From positions 32,001 to 96,000 of IMG/VR virus record IMGVR_UViG_3300045988_131721: a DNA stretch of 64,000 nt; one strand, written 5' to 3'. The notes beneath the pieces were generated by a model. That model searched no databases. It saw only the letters and a list, made by a program, of their open reading frames with translations, and was not told where the DNA came from. Both the position numbers and the translations under genes were made by a program. Below, piece after piece: positions 1 to 8,251 of the stretch (position 1 is the stretch's first letter; each line of letters opens with the position of its first letter). The DNA comes from a virus.

Positions 1-728
1 GTGAAATGGTTATAATAGAATACAAGAATGTACACGATATAGATGTATATTTTCCAGAATATGATTGGATTTTTAAAAGTGCAACATATCAATCTTTTAA
101 AAAAGGAAGTATTAAATGCCCTTATGATAGAAGTATATATGGTGTAGGATATATTGGTGAAGGTGAATATAAAATATGGGAAAATGATAAAACAACTAAG
201 GTTTATGATACTTGGCAAAGTATGCTAAAAAGATGTTATAACGAGAAATATCATAAGAAACGTCCAACATATATCGGTTGTGAAGTGTATAAAGATTGGT
301 TGAATTTTCAAAACTTTGCTAAATGGTATAAGGATAATTATTATGAGGTTGGTAATGAAAAGATGTGCTTGGATAAGGATATATTATTTAAAGGAAATAA
401 AATATATTCACCAGATACATGTATATTTGTACCAGAAACAATAAATAAATTATTTATTAAAAATGATAAAAATAGAGGAGAATCAGTTATAGGTGCAACA
501 CTTTGTAAAAATGGTAAATATCAAGCACAATGTAATATTATTAACCCAGAAACTGGAAAATCAAAACAAGAATATTTAGGTAGATACGATACTCAAGAAA
601 AAGCTTTTCAAGTTTATAAATACCACAAAGAACGTAACATAAAACAAATAGCTGATTATTATAAGATACATATTCCACAGAAATTATATGATGCAATGTA
701 TAATTATGAAGTTGAGATTGATGATTAA
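1..728 (+). CDS. Homing-endonuclease-like protein, family 1 (degenerate HNH-like core plus C-terminal AP2-like DNA-binding domain), copy 1 of 8; 5' end outside window
   Basis: Frame is open from base 1 (SEMVIIEY). Shares blocks DIDVYFPxYDW, CPYxR, GVGYxGEGxYK, WxxMLxRCY, FQNFxxW, LDKDILxKxNKIYSPxTCxxVPxTIN and YLGxYDTQEKAFxxYKYYKExNIKxxADY with seven other ORFs in the window. Confidence 0.65.
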   Translation, partial: EMVIIEYKNVHDIDVYFPEYDWIFKSATYQSFKKGSIKCPYDRSIYGVGYIGEGEYKIWENDKTTKVYDTWQSMLKRCYNEKYHKKRPTYIGCEVYKDWLNFQNFAKWYKDNYYEVGNEKMCLDKDILFKGNKIYSPDTCIFVPETINKLFIKNDKNRGESVIGATLCKNGKYQAQCNIINPETGKSKQEYLGRYDTQEKAFQVYKYHKERNIKQIADYYKIHIPQKLYDAMYNYEVEIDD

Positions 729-790
729 AAATAATTAATAAAAGCATTGACAAATAATTTTATTATGATATAATTATTAATATAAGGTGG
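727..790 (+). promoter_or_regulatory. Class I sigma-A-type promoter with upstream AAAATAATTAATAAA element
   Basis: TTGACA 747-752, 16-nt spacer, TGaTATAAT with TATAAT at 769-774, then TAT-TAATATAAGGTGGTGAT leader. AATAATTAATAAA at 730-742 sits at UP-element position. Confidence 0.7.
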
Positions 791-797
791 TGATTAG

Positions 798-907
798 ATG
801 ATTGAAAATGGGAAGATTTAAATTATTCTAGAGAAAATGTGAAATTATTAATTGATATTTGTAATGATTACAAGCCAAGTATTCAAATCAATATGTTTGA
901 GGATTAA
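798..907 (+). pseudogene. Small ORF broken by a 1-nt shift in an A-run just after the start codon
   Basis: ATG 798 reads MIENGKI-stop. The adjacent frame reads KWEDLNYSRENVKLLIDICNDYKPSIQINMFED-stop. One extra A in GAAAATGGG would join them. Further start-less coding-like fragments follow up to about 1000. Confidence 0.3.
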
Positions 908-1077
908 TTACTCCTTTAACTAATGCAGAACCCCTTAAACAAGCATTTACAAGATATTTTGGATATTTCAATAAGAGTAGAGAACAGCTTATATAAATAA
1001 AAATTTTACAATATTTGTGAAGATATGTAACATATTTTTTGTAAATACATAATATATATTAAAAAGGGGTTGATATT

Positions 1078-1989
1078 ATGAATAAAAATACAAGTGTAGC
1101 GATAGATATAGGTAATATTACATCTATTGGTGTGTCAAATGAAAAAGAAGTTGTTATCGAATCAAGAATAAAAGAATATTATGGAGGTATCGATGATTTA
1201 ACATCACATGAAATTTTTGAATTTGACGGTAAAAAATATATAATTAACGAAGGAAAATTTGAATTTGATATTTTGAAATTTAAAAAAGATAATTATTTAA
1301 TGTTACTTTATTATTGTATTAGTAAATGTACTAATTTAAATAATATTAATCTTGTTACTTGTATCCCTGCTAGTAGATATAAATCTCGTAAAGACGAAAT
1401 GAAAGAATTTATAAAAAGTAATAGTAAAAAAACTGTAGTAATTGAAGGAAAGAAAAGAATAATAAACATTGAAAATATAGAAGTCTTTCCAGAGGGGTAT
1501 GCATTCAAAACAGATAAAAATATAATAAATAAAATATCAAAAAATGCCGATACAACATTTATAGACCTTGGAGGATTGACCAATGATATTGTAGAATTTG
1601 ATTCTGATATGAGATTAAAAAATGCTAACAGTATAAATATCGGATTGTTAACATTATATAATTCTGTAAAAGAATATATTAATACAACATATGATTTAGA
1701 TTTATCTATTGAAGAATGTAAAGCAATATTTAATAATGAACAAACATTATTAGTTGATAGTAAATTTGAATATAAAAATGAATTAGTTAAAAGATTTATA
1801 GTTAATTTAATAAATGAAATTAAAGCTGTTTGTCCTAATTTAAAAAATTCAAATATATTCTGTCTAGGTGGTGGAAGTAATATAATAGGTAGTACAATAA
1901 AAAAACTTTATCCACAGACAATTGTTTGTAATGATATAAAATTACAAACAAGATGTTTATTAAATATAGCTAATAAGTTATATAAGTAG
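1078..1989 (+). CDS. parM: Actin-like plasmid-segregation ATPase (ParM/StbA/Alp family)
   Basis: Actin-fold motifs AIDIGN (phosphate 1), VFPEGYA, FIDLGGLTNDIV (phosphate 2) and CLGGGSNIIG (adenosine). 303 aa, with RBS AAAGGGG upstream. Confidence 0.7.
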   Translation: MNKNTSVAIDIGNITSIGVSNEKEVVIESRIKEYYGGIDDLTSHEIFEFDGKKYIINEGKFEFDILKFKKDNYLMLLYYCISKCTNLNNINLVTCIPASRYKSRKDEMKEFIKSNSKKTVVIEGKKRIINIENIEVFPEGYAFKTDKNIINKISKNADTTFIDLGGLTNDIVEFDSDMRLKNANSINIGLLTLYNSVKEYINTTYDLDLSIEECKAIFNNEQTLLVDSKFEYKNELVKRFIVNLINEIKAVCPNLKNSNIFCLGGGSNIIGSTIKKLYPQTIVCNDIKLQTRCLLNIANKLYK

Positions 1990-1999
1990 GTGAGTAATT

Positions 2000-2248
2000 A
2001 TGACAAAGACGATTAGAGAGGTTAGATTGACTTTTAATGAAAAAGATAAAGATATATCTGAATGGTTAAAAGGAAAATCAAGTCAAACAGCTTACATTAA
2101 AGACATTCTTCGATTACACATGCAGATTGAACAATCGTATTTAGCTAATGGCATGAATATAGAACAAAGTGTTTCACGTGAAACTGTAAATGTAGAAGAA
2201 AAGAAACAAGATGAGTTTGATTTTGATTTGAGTGATTTGAATTTATAA
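2000..2248 (+). CDS. Small ribbon-helix-helix-like DNA-binding protein, candidate ParR-type adaptor
   Basis: 82 aa, 10 nt downstream of the ParM-like gene. N-terminus REVRLTFNEKDKDISEWL...AYIKDILRLH fits a beta-strand plus two helices. Acidic tail. Confidence 0.45.
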   Translation: MTKTIREVRLTFNEKDKDISEWLKGKSSQTAYIKDILRLHMQIEQSYLANGMNIEQSVSRETVNVEEKKQDEFDFDLSDLNL

Positions 2249-2275
2249 GGGGATTAATTTCCCCTCTAATTTTTA
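2248..2275 (+). terminator. Rho-independent terminator
   Basis: AGGGGA-TTAATT-TCCCCT hairpin followed by CTAATTTTT. Confidence 0.7.
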
Positions 2276-2309
2276 AAAAGGGAGGATATAAATAATATAA
2301 AATAATAAT

Positions 2310-2362
2310 CATAGGTAATTTTTATAAAGCTTATGTTAATACAGTAATATAAGGTGGTAAAT
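2310..2362 (+). promoter_or_regulatory. Class II phage promoter cassette, copy 1
   Basis: CATAGGTAATTTT, 12 nt, GTTAATA, CAG, TAATATAAGGTGG. Same geometry as 11 other copies. Confidence 0.55.
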
Positions 2363-2450
2363 ATGAAAAACTTAAAGTTTAGGGCATGGGATAAAGAATA
2401 AAAAGAATGGATGGAACAAAAAATTATTATTAATGAAAAGGAGAGAAAGA
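2363..2450 (+). pseudogene. Relic of a YopX-like gene (N-terminus only)
   Basis: MKNLKFRAWDKE-stop. KFRAWDK is the characteristic YopX-family N-terminus. The remainder is out of frame and truncated. Confidence 0.4.
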
Positions 2451-2451
2451 T

Positions 2452-3333
2452 ATGAAAGGATATAAAGTATTTAATTCAGATTGGACTTGCAGAGGTTTCC
2501 AATATAAAGTAGGAGAAACATATAAATATGAAGGAAAAATAAGTATATGTGAAACAGGATTCCATTTTTGTAAAAAACTAATTGATTGTTTTAATTATTA
2601 CACTTTTGACCCAGAAAACAAAGTAGCTATAATAGAAGCTACTGGTGAAGTTAAAGAAAGTAATTATTCAAATAATAAATGTGTAACAAATGAAATAAAA
2701 ATAATAAGAGAATTAAACTGGCATGAAGTATTAGATATGGTTAATTTTAATAAAGGTAACACAGGTATTAAAAACACAGGTAGTTATAATTCTGGTAATT
2801 ACAATACTGGTATTAAAAACACAGGCGATTATAATTCTGGAGATTATAATACTGGTGACTTTAATTCTGGTGATTACAATACTGGTAAATTTAATTCTGG
2901 TAGATTTAATACTGGTAAGTTCAATGCAGGAAATTATAACAGAGGCAGTTTTAACATTGGAGATTGTAATTTAGGCAATAAAAAAGCAGGATGCTTTTGT
3001 ACTGATGATAAATATGAAACAATTAAATTATTTAATAAAGAGAGTGATTGGACATTAAACACATGGAAGGATAGTCATGCATTCAGAATAATGAATAATT
3101 ATTTTGAATTAACTTTATGGATTAATGAATATAAAATGACAGATGAAGAAAAAGAAAAACATCCAGATTATAAAGTTGCTAGAGGTTATTTAAAAGAATT
3201 AAGTTATGCAGAGGCATGGAAAAATATGTGGAATCATATAAATGATAAAGAAAAAGAGGTATTTACTTTATTACCTAACTTCGATAAAGATATCTTTAAA
3301 GAAATAACTGGAATAGATATAGAAGAAAATTAA
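2452..3333 (+). CDS. Pentapeptide-repeat protein with conserved N-terminal KVF..DW.CRGFQY..G..Y...CE.GFHFC domain
   Basis: About 13 consecutive 5-residue units (GSYNS GNYNT GIKNT GDYNS GDYNT GDFNS GDYNT GKFNS GRFNT GKFNA GNYNR GSFNI GDCNL). The N-terminal domain resembles one I recall as DUF7666; this needs verification. Confidence 0.6.
   Translation: MKGYKVFNSDWTCRGFQYKVGETYKYEGKISICETGFHFCKKLIDCFNYYTFDPENKVAIIEATGEVKESNYSNNKCVTNEIKIIRELNWHEVLDMVNFNKGNTGIKNTGSYNSGNYNTGIKNTGDYNSGDYNTGDFNSGDYNTGKFNSGRFNTGKFNAGNYNRGSFNIGDCNLGNKKAGCFCTDDKYETIKLFNKESDWTLNTWKDSHAFRIMNNYFELTLWINEYKMTDEEKEKHPDYKVARGYLKELSYAEAWKNMWNHINDKEKEVFTLLPNFDKDIFKEITGIDIEEN
2752..2979 (+). repeat. 15-nt-period coding tandem repeat (pentapeptide repeats)
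   Basis: Repeated AAYWSYGGTRAYTWY-like units encoding residues 101-176 of the 2452-3333 ORF. Confidence 0.8.
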
Positions 3334-3417
3334 AGGATTAAGAAAAGTTAATAAAAATAATTAATAAAAAGTATTGACAATATAAATAAAAGTAAAAACG
3401 AAATATTCACAAATAAA

Positions 3418-3882
3418 TTGGAAGAGTTGATATTGGAGGAAGTAAAGGAAAAAGTTGAAAAATTAAAAGGACTTGATGTATTAGAGGTTACTTTGAAATT
3501 AACATCTGAAAAACTATATGAATATATAGATACGAATATAGGAGATGCTAAACATTTTACATTATTAGCTAAGTTAGATGGAAATTATAATATATCAATA
3601 CTGTATTATTACAAAAATAAGATTATACAAGCAGTGACTACAGAAAAAAATACTGGAGCAATTGACATTTATACTCTATTAAGAATATGTCTCTTACAAA
3701 ATACTAATACACCTTCAGTTGAATTTACAATTCATAAATGTGAACTTCATGGAAAAGAGACATTAGACCCATCTGAACTTTCTGAATTGAACAGCTTATT
3801 AAGTTGCGAACACGAATCTTGCGAATCATGTGATTATTATGATATTGAAGAAGTTAATTTATTAGATGATAAAAATAATTAA
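3418..3882 (+). CDS. Hypothetical protein with C-terminal Cys motif (CEHESCESCDYYD)
   Basis: Long ORF. The start is uncertain: TTG with no clear RBS. A TTGACA at 3374 has no good -10. Confidence 0.45.
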   Translation: MEELILEEVKEKVEKLKGLDVLEVTLKLTSEKLYEYIDTNIGDAKHFTLLAKLDGNYNISILYYYKNKIIQAVTTEKNTGAIDIYTLLRICLLQNTNTPSVEFTIHKCELHGKETLDPSELSELNSLLSCEHESCESCDYYDIEEVNLLDDKNN

Positions 3883-3947
3883 TAAGGGTTATTTTTAATT
3901 AGTTTATGTTAATATATAAGTATAAATTAATAAAGGAGGAATATAAT

Positions 3948-4304
3948 ATGAATAAATATTTAATTGAAATGGCAGACGGAGGTATAATAGATATATGCGA
4001 CGATATAGAATGCGATGATTACGGTTGTCCTACTTGTGGATTTAATGGACACTATACAAATCATATGAAAATAACATTAGAAAAGAATATTTTAGAAATA
4101 GAATTTGGAGGAATGTATACATTTGATATACCAGATTACTTGGATATAATGAAGATATTTACTCAAAATAATGACAATATCAAAAATATGACAGAAGAAG
4201 AGTTTATAGACTTTCTTAAAGAAGAGTTAGATAATTTAACTTGTTATGAAGTAGAAATGAGTAGAAAAGAAAAAATATATAAAAAAGATAAAGAAATATG
4301 GTAA
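3948..4304 (+). CDS. Hypothetical protein with N-terminal Cys cluster (CDDIECDDYGCPTCG)
   Basis: ATG 8 nt after AAGGAGGA. A degenerate class II-like box lies upstream (AGGGTTATTTTT...ATGTTAATATATAAG). Confidence 0.6.
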   Translation: MNKYLIEMADGGIIDICDDIECDDYGCPTCGFNGHYTNHMKITLEKNILEIEFGGMYTFDIPDYLDIMKIFTQNNDNIKNMTEEEFIDFLKEELDNLTCYEVEMSRKEKIYKKDKEIW

Positions 4305-4333
4305 TGTATAAGTATAAATAAAGAGGTATAAAT

Positions 4334-4558
4334 ATGAATAAAGCTATTGATTATTTAAAGAGAGAGCTTGAGGTTGAATTAATAGAAGATGGATTTTTCT
4401 ATTCGATATTTGAAAGTGATAAATATAGAGTGAAACTTATATTTAGAGATAGAACATTCAAAAGGGATGGTTATCAAATACACATAAATGATTATTTTGT
4501 TAAATTTACTAAATGGAGTGATTTATACGGAATTGTTGATTTATTTAAAAATAATTAA
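4334..4558 (+). CDS. Hypothetical protein
   Basis: 74-aa ORF with RBS AAGAGG. Ends in the NN-stop junction motif. Confidence 0.55.
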   Translation: MNKAIDYLKRELEVELIEDGFFYSIFESDKYRVKLIFRDRTFKRDGYQIHINDYFVKFTKWSDLYGIVDLFKNN

Positions 4559-4574
4559 TAAAGGAGGAATTATT

Positions 4575-5282
4575 ATGGATGAAGTTTACAAACCAACAAT
4601 TAAGAAATTTTTAGGGAAAGAAGTGAGAGTGATTACGGTTGGATTAAAACAATATATAATTTTAAAAGATATGTTTGATGTTTTAGGTAGAGTTAAAGCT
4701 GATGGTACTTGGACTAATGAGAAAAATAAATTATTAACCTTCTTAAATGAATTAAATAAAATAGAGTACCACCAAACTTTAGTGGCACAATTAAAACAAG
4801 GTAAATCAAAAGTAGAAAAAGAGGTAGATTGTTTATTAATAGATGCTACACCATTGATATTAACTCAATTTAAACCTACAGCTAGAAAAGGAGAGCAAGC
4901 GTTAAATGAATGGATAGAATTTATGAAATGGGTAGATAACTTACTTAGAGAACATGAGGCTTATAAAGTTATATTAAAAGACAAAGAAGAACAAAAATCA
5001 ATATCTAAGGCGATAAGTGAAGAAACAAATGGGAAAATGGTTGTTATAAATACTCAAATAAGCATAATAATGGCAAAATTAATCGGAGTATACGAACAAG
5101 GAATAAAGAAAATAAATAAAGACGAATTAAAAATATATCAACCTCAAGTAACTATAGATTTGATAGAAGTTAGACAAGAGGCATTAAAAATATTTGAACA
5201 ACAATATCTAGTATTAGAAGATTATAAACAAGCTAGTGATTTTACTGTTGCTTATATGAAAAAGAAATATCATTTAGATTAA
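4575..5282 (+). CDS. BRO-N domain protein (antirepressor-like regulator)
   Basis: N-terminus FLGKEVRVITVGLKQYIILKDMFDVLG matches the BRO-N pattern (F.g..vRv....g...f.akDv...LG). ATG follows AAAGGAGGA. Confidence 0.6.
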   Translation: MDEVYKPTIKKFLGKEVRVITVGLKQYIILKDMFDVLGRVKADGTWTNEKNKLLTFLNELNKIEYHQTLVAQLKQGKSKVEKEVDCLLIDATPLILTQFKPTARKGEQALNEWIEFMKWVDNLLREHEAYKVILKDKEEQKSISKAISEETNGKMVVINTQISIIMAKLIGVYEQGIKKINKDELKIYQPQVTIDLIEVRQEALKIFEQQYLVLEDYKQASDFTVAYMKKKYHLD

Positions 5283-5345
5283 AAATAATTAATAAAATAC
5301 ATTGACAAATAATTTAGTTATGATATAATTATTAGTATAAGGAGG
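5281..5345 (+). promoter_or_regulatory. Class I sigma-A-type promoter
   Basis: AATAATTAATAAA 5284-5296, TTGACA 5302-5307, 16-nt spacer, TGATATAAT with TATAAT at 5324-5329, TAT-TAGTATAAGGAGG leader. Confidence 0.75.
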
Positions 5346-5352
5346 AATAAAT

Positions 5353-5424
5353 ATGAGTGGTATAGCAATATTACTAATAGTAATATTGCTTTTAACGATT
5401 ATAGATTGTATGTTGAGAGGATAG
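5353..5424 (+). CDS. 23-aa hydrophobic peptide (MSGIAILLIVILLLTIIDCMLRG)
   Basis: First ORF after a class I promoter and strong RBS. Single predicted membrane helix. Below the ORF-track size cutoff. Confidence 0.45.
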   Translation: MSGIAILLIVILLLTIIDCMLRG

Positions 5425-5436
5425 GAGGATTAAAAT

Positions 5437-5901
5437 ATGAATAAAATTAATGAATATCTTGATATGAAAATCAATAGAGAATTCTATAAAGGAAATTTTT
5501 ATGAAGATTTAATTTTAGATTTGGCTTACACAGTTAAACGTCCATATGCTAGTATAAGAGTTTTAACGAATGACCTTAATAGATTGATAAAAAATGCATA
5601 TCATAATATAAAAAATGAAAAAATTATAAAAATAAAATTTAAAAAATACGGAGATAGAATATATATTACTTATAATGTTTTACTTAATAACGAAGAAAAG
5701 AAAATTGTACTAACTGGAATTAATATAGAGAAAGATAATAATTGGAAACACGAAAGAGGAAATAGAGATGATTCATGGGTTATTGACTTAGATAAGAAAG
5801 GGGATATAGAGAATATAAAAGACGAAGATTTTTATAGAGAGTTTGTAAAGATAGGACTACATAGCGACAATAAAGCAAAGTATTCTTTTTTATATAATTA
5901 A
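5437..5901 (+). CDS. Hypothetical protein
   Basis: 154-aa ORF with RBS TAGGAGGA. Confidence 0.6.
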   Translation: MNKINEYLDMKINREFYKGNFYEDLILDLAYTVKRPYASIRVLTNDLNRLIKNAYHNIKNEKIIKIKFKKYGDRIYITYNVLLNNEEKKIVLTGINIEKDNNWKHERGNRDDSWVIDLDKKGDIENIKDEDFYREFVKIGLHSDNKAKYSFLYN

Positions 5902-5915
5902 GGAGGTATATTAAT

Positions 5916-6485
5916 ATGAATAAAAATGATTTAAAAAATGGAATGTTTTTTGAAATGAGAAATAAAAGTAGATTTCTAATATTAAATAATGAAATATATC
6001 TTGAGGGTATAAATCTTTATGAATATTCCTCAAATTTGCATTATTTTTTAGTAAGTTATAACGATGACATGTGCAGTATGAATGACAATGAATATGACAT
6101 AATGATTGTAAAAGATGTCGACGATAATGTTATATGGGAAAGAAGAGAAATAGATTGGAGCAAAATATCTGTTGACACTAAAGTATTAGTTAGAAATTCT
6201 AAATACGGAGAATGGCATAGAAGATATTTTGCTAAATATAAAGATGGATGTGTATATTGTTTTGATAACGGAGCAAATTCATGGAATAGTAATGAAATAT
6301 CACTTTGGAAATATTGTAAACTAGCAGAAGAACCTAGCGACAAAGTGACTATAGAAGAATTAGATAATCAATTTAAAAAGAGTTGTGGAAGACAAAATTG
6401 TTGTAATTGTGATTATGAATCTATAGATAGAGAGTGTGAGTTTCTATGGTTAATGGATAATTATAATGTAACTAGAAAGGAATAA
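5916..6485 (+). CDS. Hypothetical protein with C-terminal Cys motif (CGRQNCCNCDYESIDREC)
   Basis: 189-aa ORF with RBS AAGGAGG. Confidence 0.6.
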   Translation: MNKNDLKNGMFFEMRNKSRFLILNNEIYLEGINLYEYSSNLHYFLVSYNDDMCSMNDNEYDIMIVKDVDDNVIWERREIDWSKISVDTKVLVRNSKYGEWHRRYFAKYKDGCVYCFDNGANSWNSNEISLWKYCKLAEEPSDKVTIEELDNQFKKSCGRQNCCNCDYESIDRECEFLWLMDNYNVTRKE

Positions 6486-6488
6486 CAT

Positions 6489-6647
6489 ATGAAAATTAAA
6501 TGTAGTTTAGGGGAGTTTATAACATTTTATGACGAATCAGATAAAGAAATAATAACAATACAAAGTGACGATATTAAAAATACATTAAAAGATATTTTTA
6601 TCTTATTAGATTATTGTGATATAAAATATATTTATGAGGAGGATTAA
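6489..6647 (+). CDS. Hypothetical small protein (52 aa)
   Basis: Fills the gap between flanking genes. Weak RBS AAAGGAA. Its stop lies just before the ligase start. Confidence 0.4.
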   Translation: MKIKCSLGEFITFYDESDKEIITIQSDDIKNTLKDIFILLDYCDIKYIYEED

Positions 6648-6650
6648 TAC

Positions 6651-7952
6651 ATGGGAGAATTATTTATTAAATTAGAAAAATTACAAAATATAAGTGGAAC
6701 AAACAAAAAAAAGAAATTCATAAAAGAAAATCGAGACGACCAATTATTCTTAGATACTTTAGATTTTTTATTAAATCCATATAAAATTACGAACATATCT
6801 AAGAAAAAAATTAATAAAAAAGTGCAAATTATAGATAATCAATTAAAAGACTTAAATGAATTTTACGATTATCTAATTGACAAATCGACAGGAAAAGATA
6901 AAGATATAGCAATTATACAAGCATTTATAAGAGAACATGAAGAATTTAGAGAGCAATTAGAAGAATTAGCTTGTAAAAGTATGAGATTAGGAGTACAAGG
7001 TAAATTAGTTAACCAAGCATTGGGATATGAGCTTATACCTTTATTTAGTCCAATGTTAGGTGATTCATACTTTAAAAATGAAAATAAAGTAAAGGGTAAA
7101 TTTATATTAACAACTAAGCTGGACGGCACAAGAATCTTATTATTGAAGGAAAATGGGAAGGTTAAAGCTATGTCACGACAAGGTCAAATTATAGAAGGAT
7201 TAGATGATATAATTCGAAATGTAGAAGAAATGAATTTCAATAATGGAGTGTTAGATGGTGAATTAATAGCTGAAGGTGATTTTATAGATAGTGCAGAAAT
7301 GTATAAAGAAACTATGAAACGCAGTAGAATTAAAGGTAGAAAAACGGGATTAAAAGTAATGGTATATGATTACATAAAAAATATAAATGATTTCCATCGA
7401 GGAGTAGATAATACTCCTTGTATAGAACGAAAATCAACCGTAGAAAATTTAATAAAACAATCAAATTGTAAACATATAGAATATTTAGAACCTTTGTATA
7501 TTGGTGACGATAAAGAAGAAATAATTGAACAATTAAAAATTGCTGAAAAAAATAATGATGAAGGAGTTATGCTAAACACTTATTATGGTAAATACGAATG
7601 TAAGAGAAGTAAAGAGTTATTAAAATGTAAATTATTTAAAGATGCAGATGTATTAGTAACTGATATATTAGAAGGGGAAGGTAGGCTTGAAGGCGTCTTA
7701 GGAAAAATAGAAATTAAATTTAAATACAAAGATAAAATTTATACTAATTACGTTGGGTCTGGGTTTGATGACGAAGAAAGAAGTTATTATTGGAAAAATA
7801 AAGATGAATTAATAGGTAAAGTAATAACTATAAATTATTTTGAAGTAACTAAAAACAAACAAGGTGACTATGGACTTAGATTTGGAACTTGGAAAGGAAA
7901 AGAATATATACGAAGTGATAAAACTGATATAGATGATACCAATATTGAATAG
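6651..7952 (+). CDS. lig: ATP-dependent DNA ligase
   Basis: Adenylation motif I LTTKLDGTR (KxDG), motif III LDGELI, motif IV EGVMLN, motif V LLKCK. An OB-like C-terminal region follows. Confidence 0.85.
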   Translation: MGELFIKLEKLQNISGTNKKKKFIKENRDDQLFLDTLDFLLNPYKITNISKKKINKKVQIIDNQLKDLNEFYDYLIDKSTGKDKDIAIIQAFIREHEEFREQLEELACKSMRLGVQGKLVNQALGYELIPLFSPMLGDSYFKNENKVKGKFILTTKLDGTRILLLKENGKVKAMSRQGQIIEGLDDIIRNVEEMNFNNGVLDGELIAEGDFIDSAEMYKETMKRSRIKGRKTGLKVMVYDYIKNINDFHRGVDNTPCIERKSTVENLIKQSNCKHIEYLEPLYIGDDKEEIIEQLKIAEKNNDEGVMLNTYYGKYECKRSKELLKCKLFKDADVLVTDILEGEGRLEGVLGKIEIKFKYKDKIYTNYVGSGFDDEERSYYWKNKDELIGKVITINYFEVTKNKQGDYGLRFGTWKGKEYIRSDKTDIDDTNIE

Positions 7953-8008
7953 GGGATAAATATAGAAAATGGAACGATATAAATTATATAAAAGGGGTGT
8001 TGAATAGT

Positions 8009-8170
8009 ATGGATAAAAAACAAATAAGTACAACAGGTGCAAATGTATTAACAATAGGTGGAGTTGGAGCTATGCTAGCCATAGCTGGATTAAGTTTACC
8101 AGTTAGTGGTGTTATAATGGCATATACAATAGCAGGTTGCTATCATTTATCTAAAAAGGATGTTAAATAG
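8009..8170 (+). CDS. Small membrane protein (53 aa)
   Basis: RBS AAAGGGG. Gly/Ala-rich hydrophobic segments LTIGGVGAMLAIAGLSLPVSGVIMAYTIAG. Confidence 0.45.
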   Translation: MDKKQISTTGANVLTIGGVGAMLAIAGLSLPVSGVIMAYTIAGCYHLSKKDVK

Positions 8171-8251
8171 TTGTCATATAAAACTTATACTTAGACACCA
8201 AAACCTTTGTATGAGTTTTATATACAATAATTTTATACAGGAGGAGATTAG

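Noticed and set aside
940-1077. parC-type centromere upstream of the ParM-like gene.
   Set aside because: Only short imperfect repeats (GATATTT twice; ACAATATTTGTGAA / ACATATTTTTTGTAAA) and one 7-bp inverted repeat are present. The region otherwise looks like decayed coding fragments. This is not enough to call a centromere.
2752-2979. Possible CRISPR array or other non-coding tandem repeat.
   Set aside because: The 15-nt periodicity is in-frame coding for pentapeptide repeats. The kb-spaced promoter cassettes are also not CRISPR-like: there are no short regular spacers and no cas genes.
3354-3417. Sixth class I promoter (junction motif plus TTGACA at 3374-3379).
   Set aside because: No acceptable -10 hexamer lies 16-18 nt downstream, and the shared TAATATAAGG leader is absent. 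It is probably a degenerate copy.
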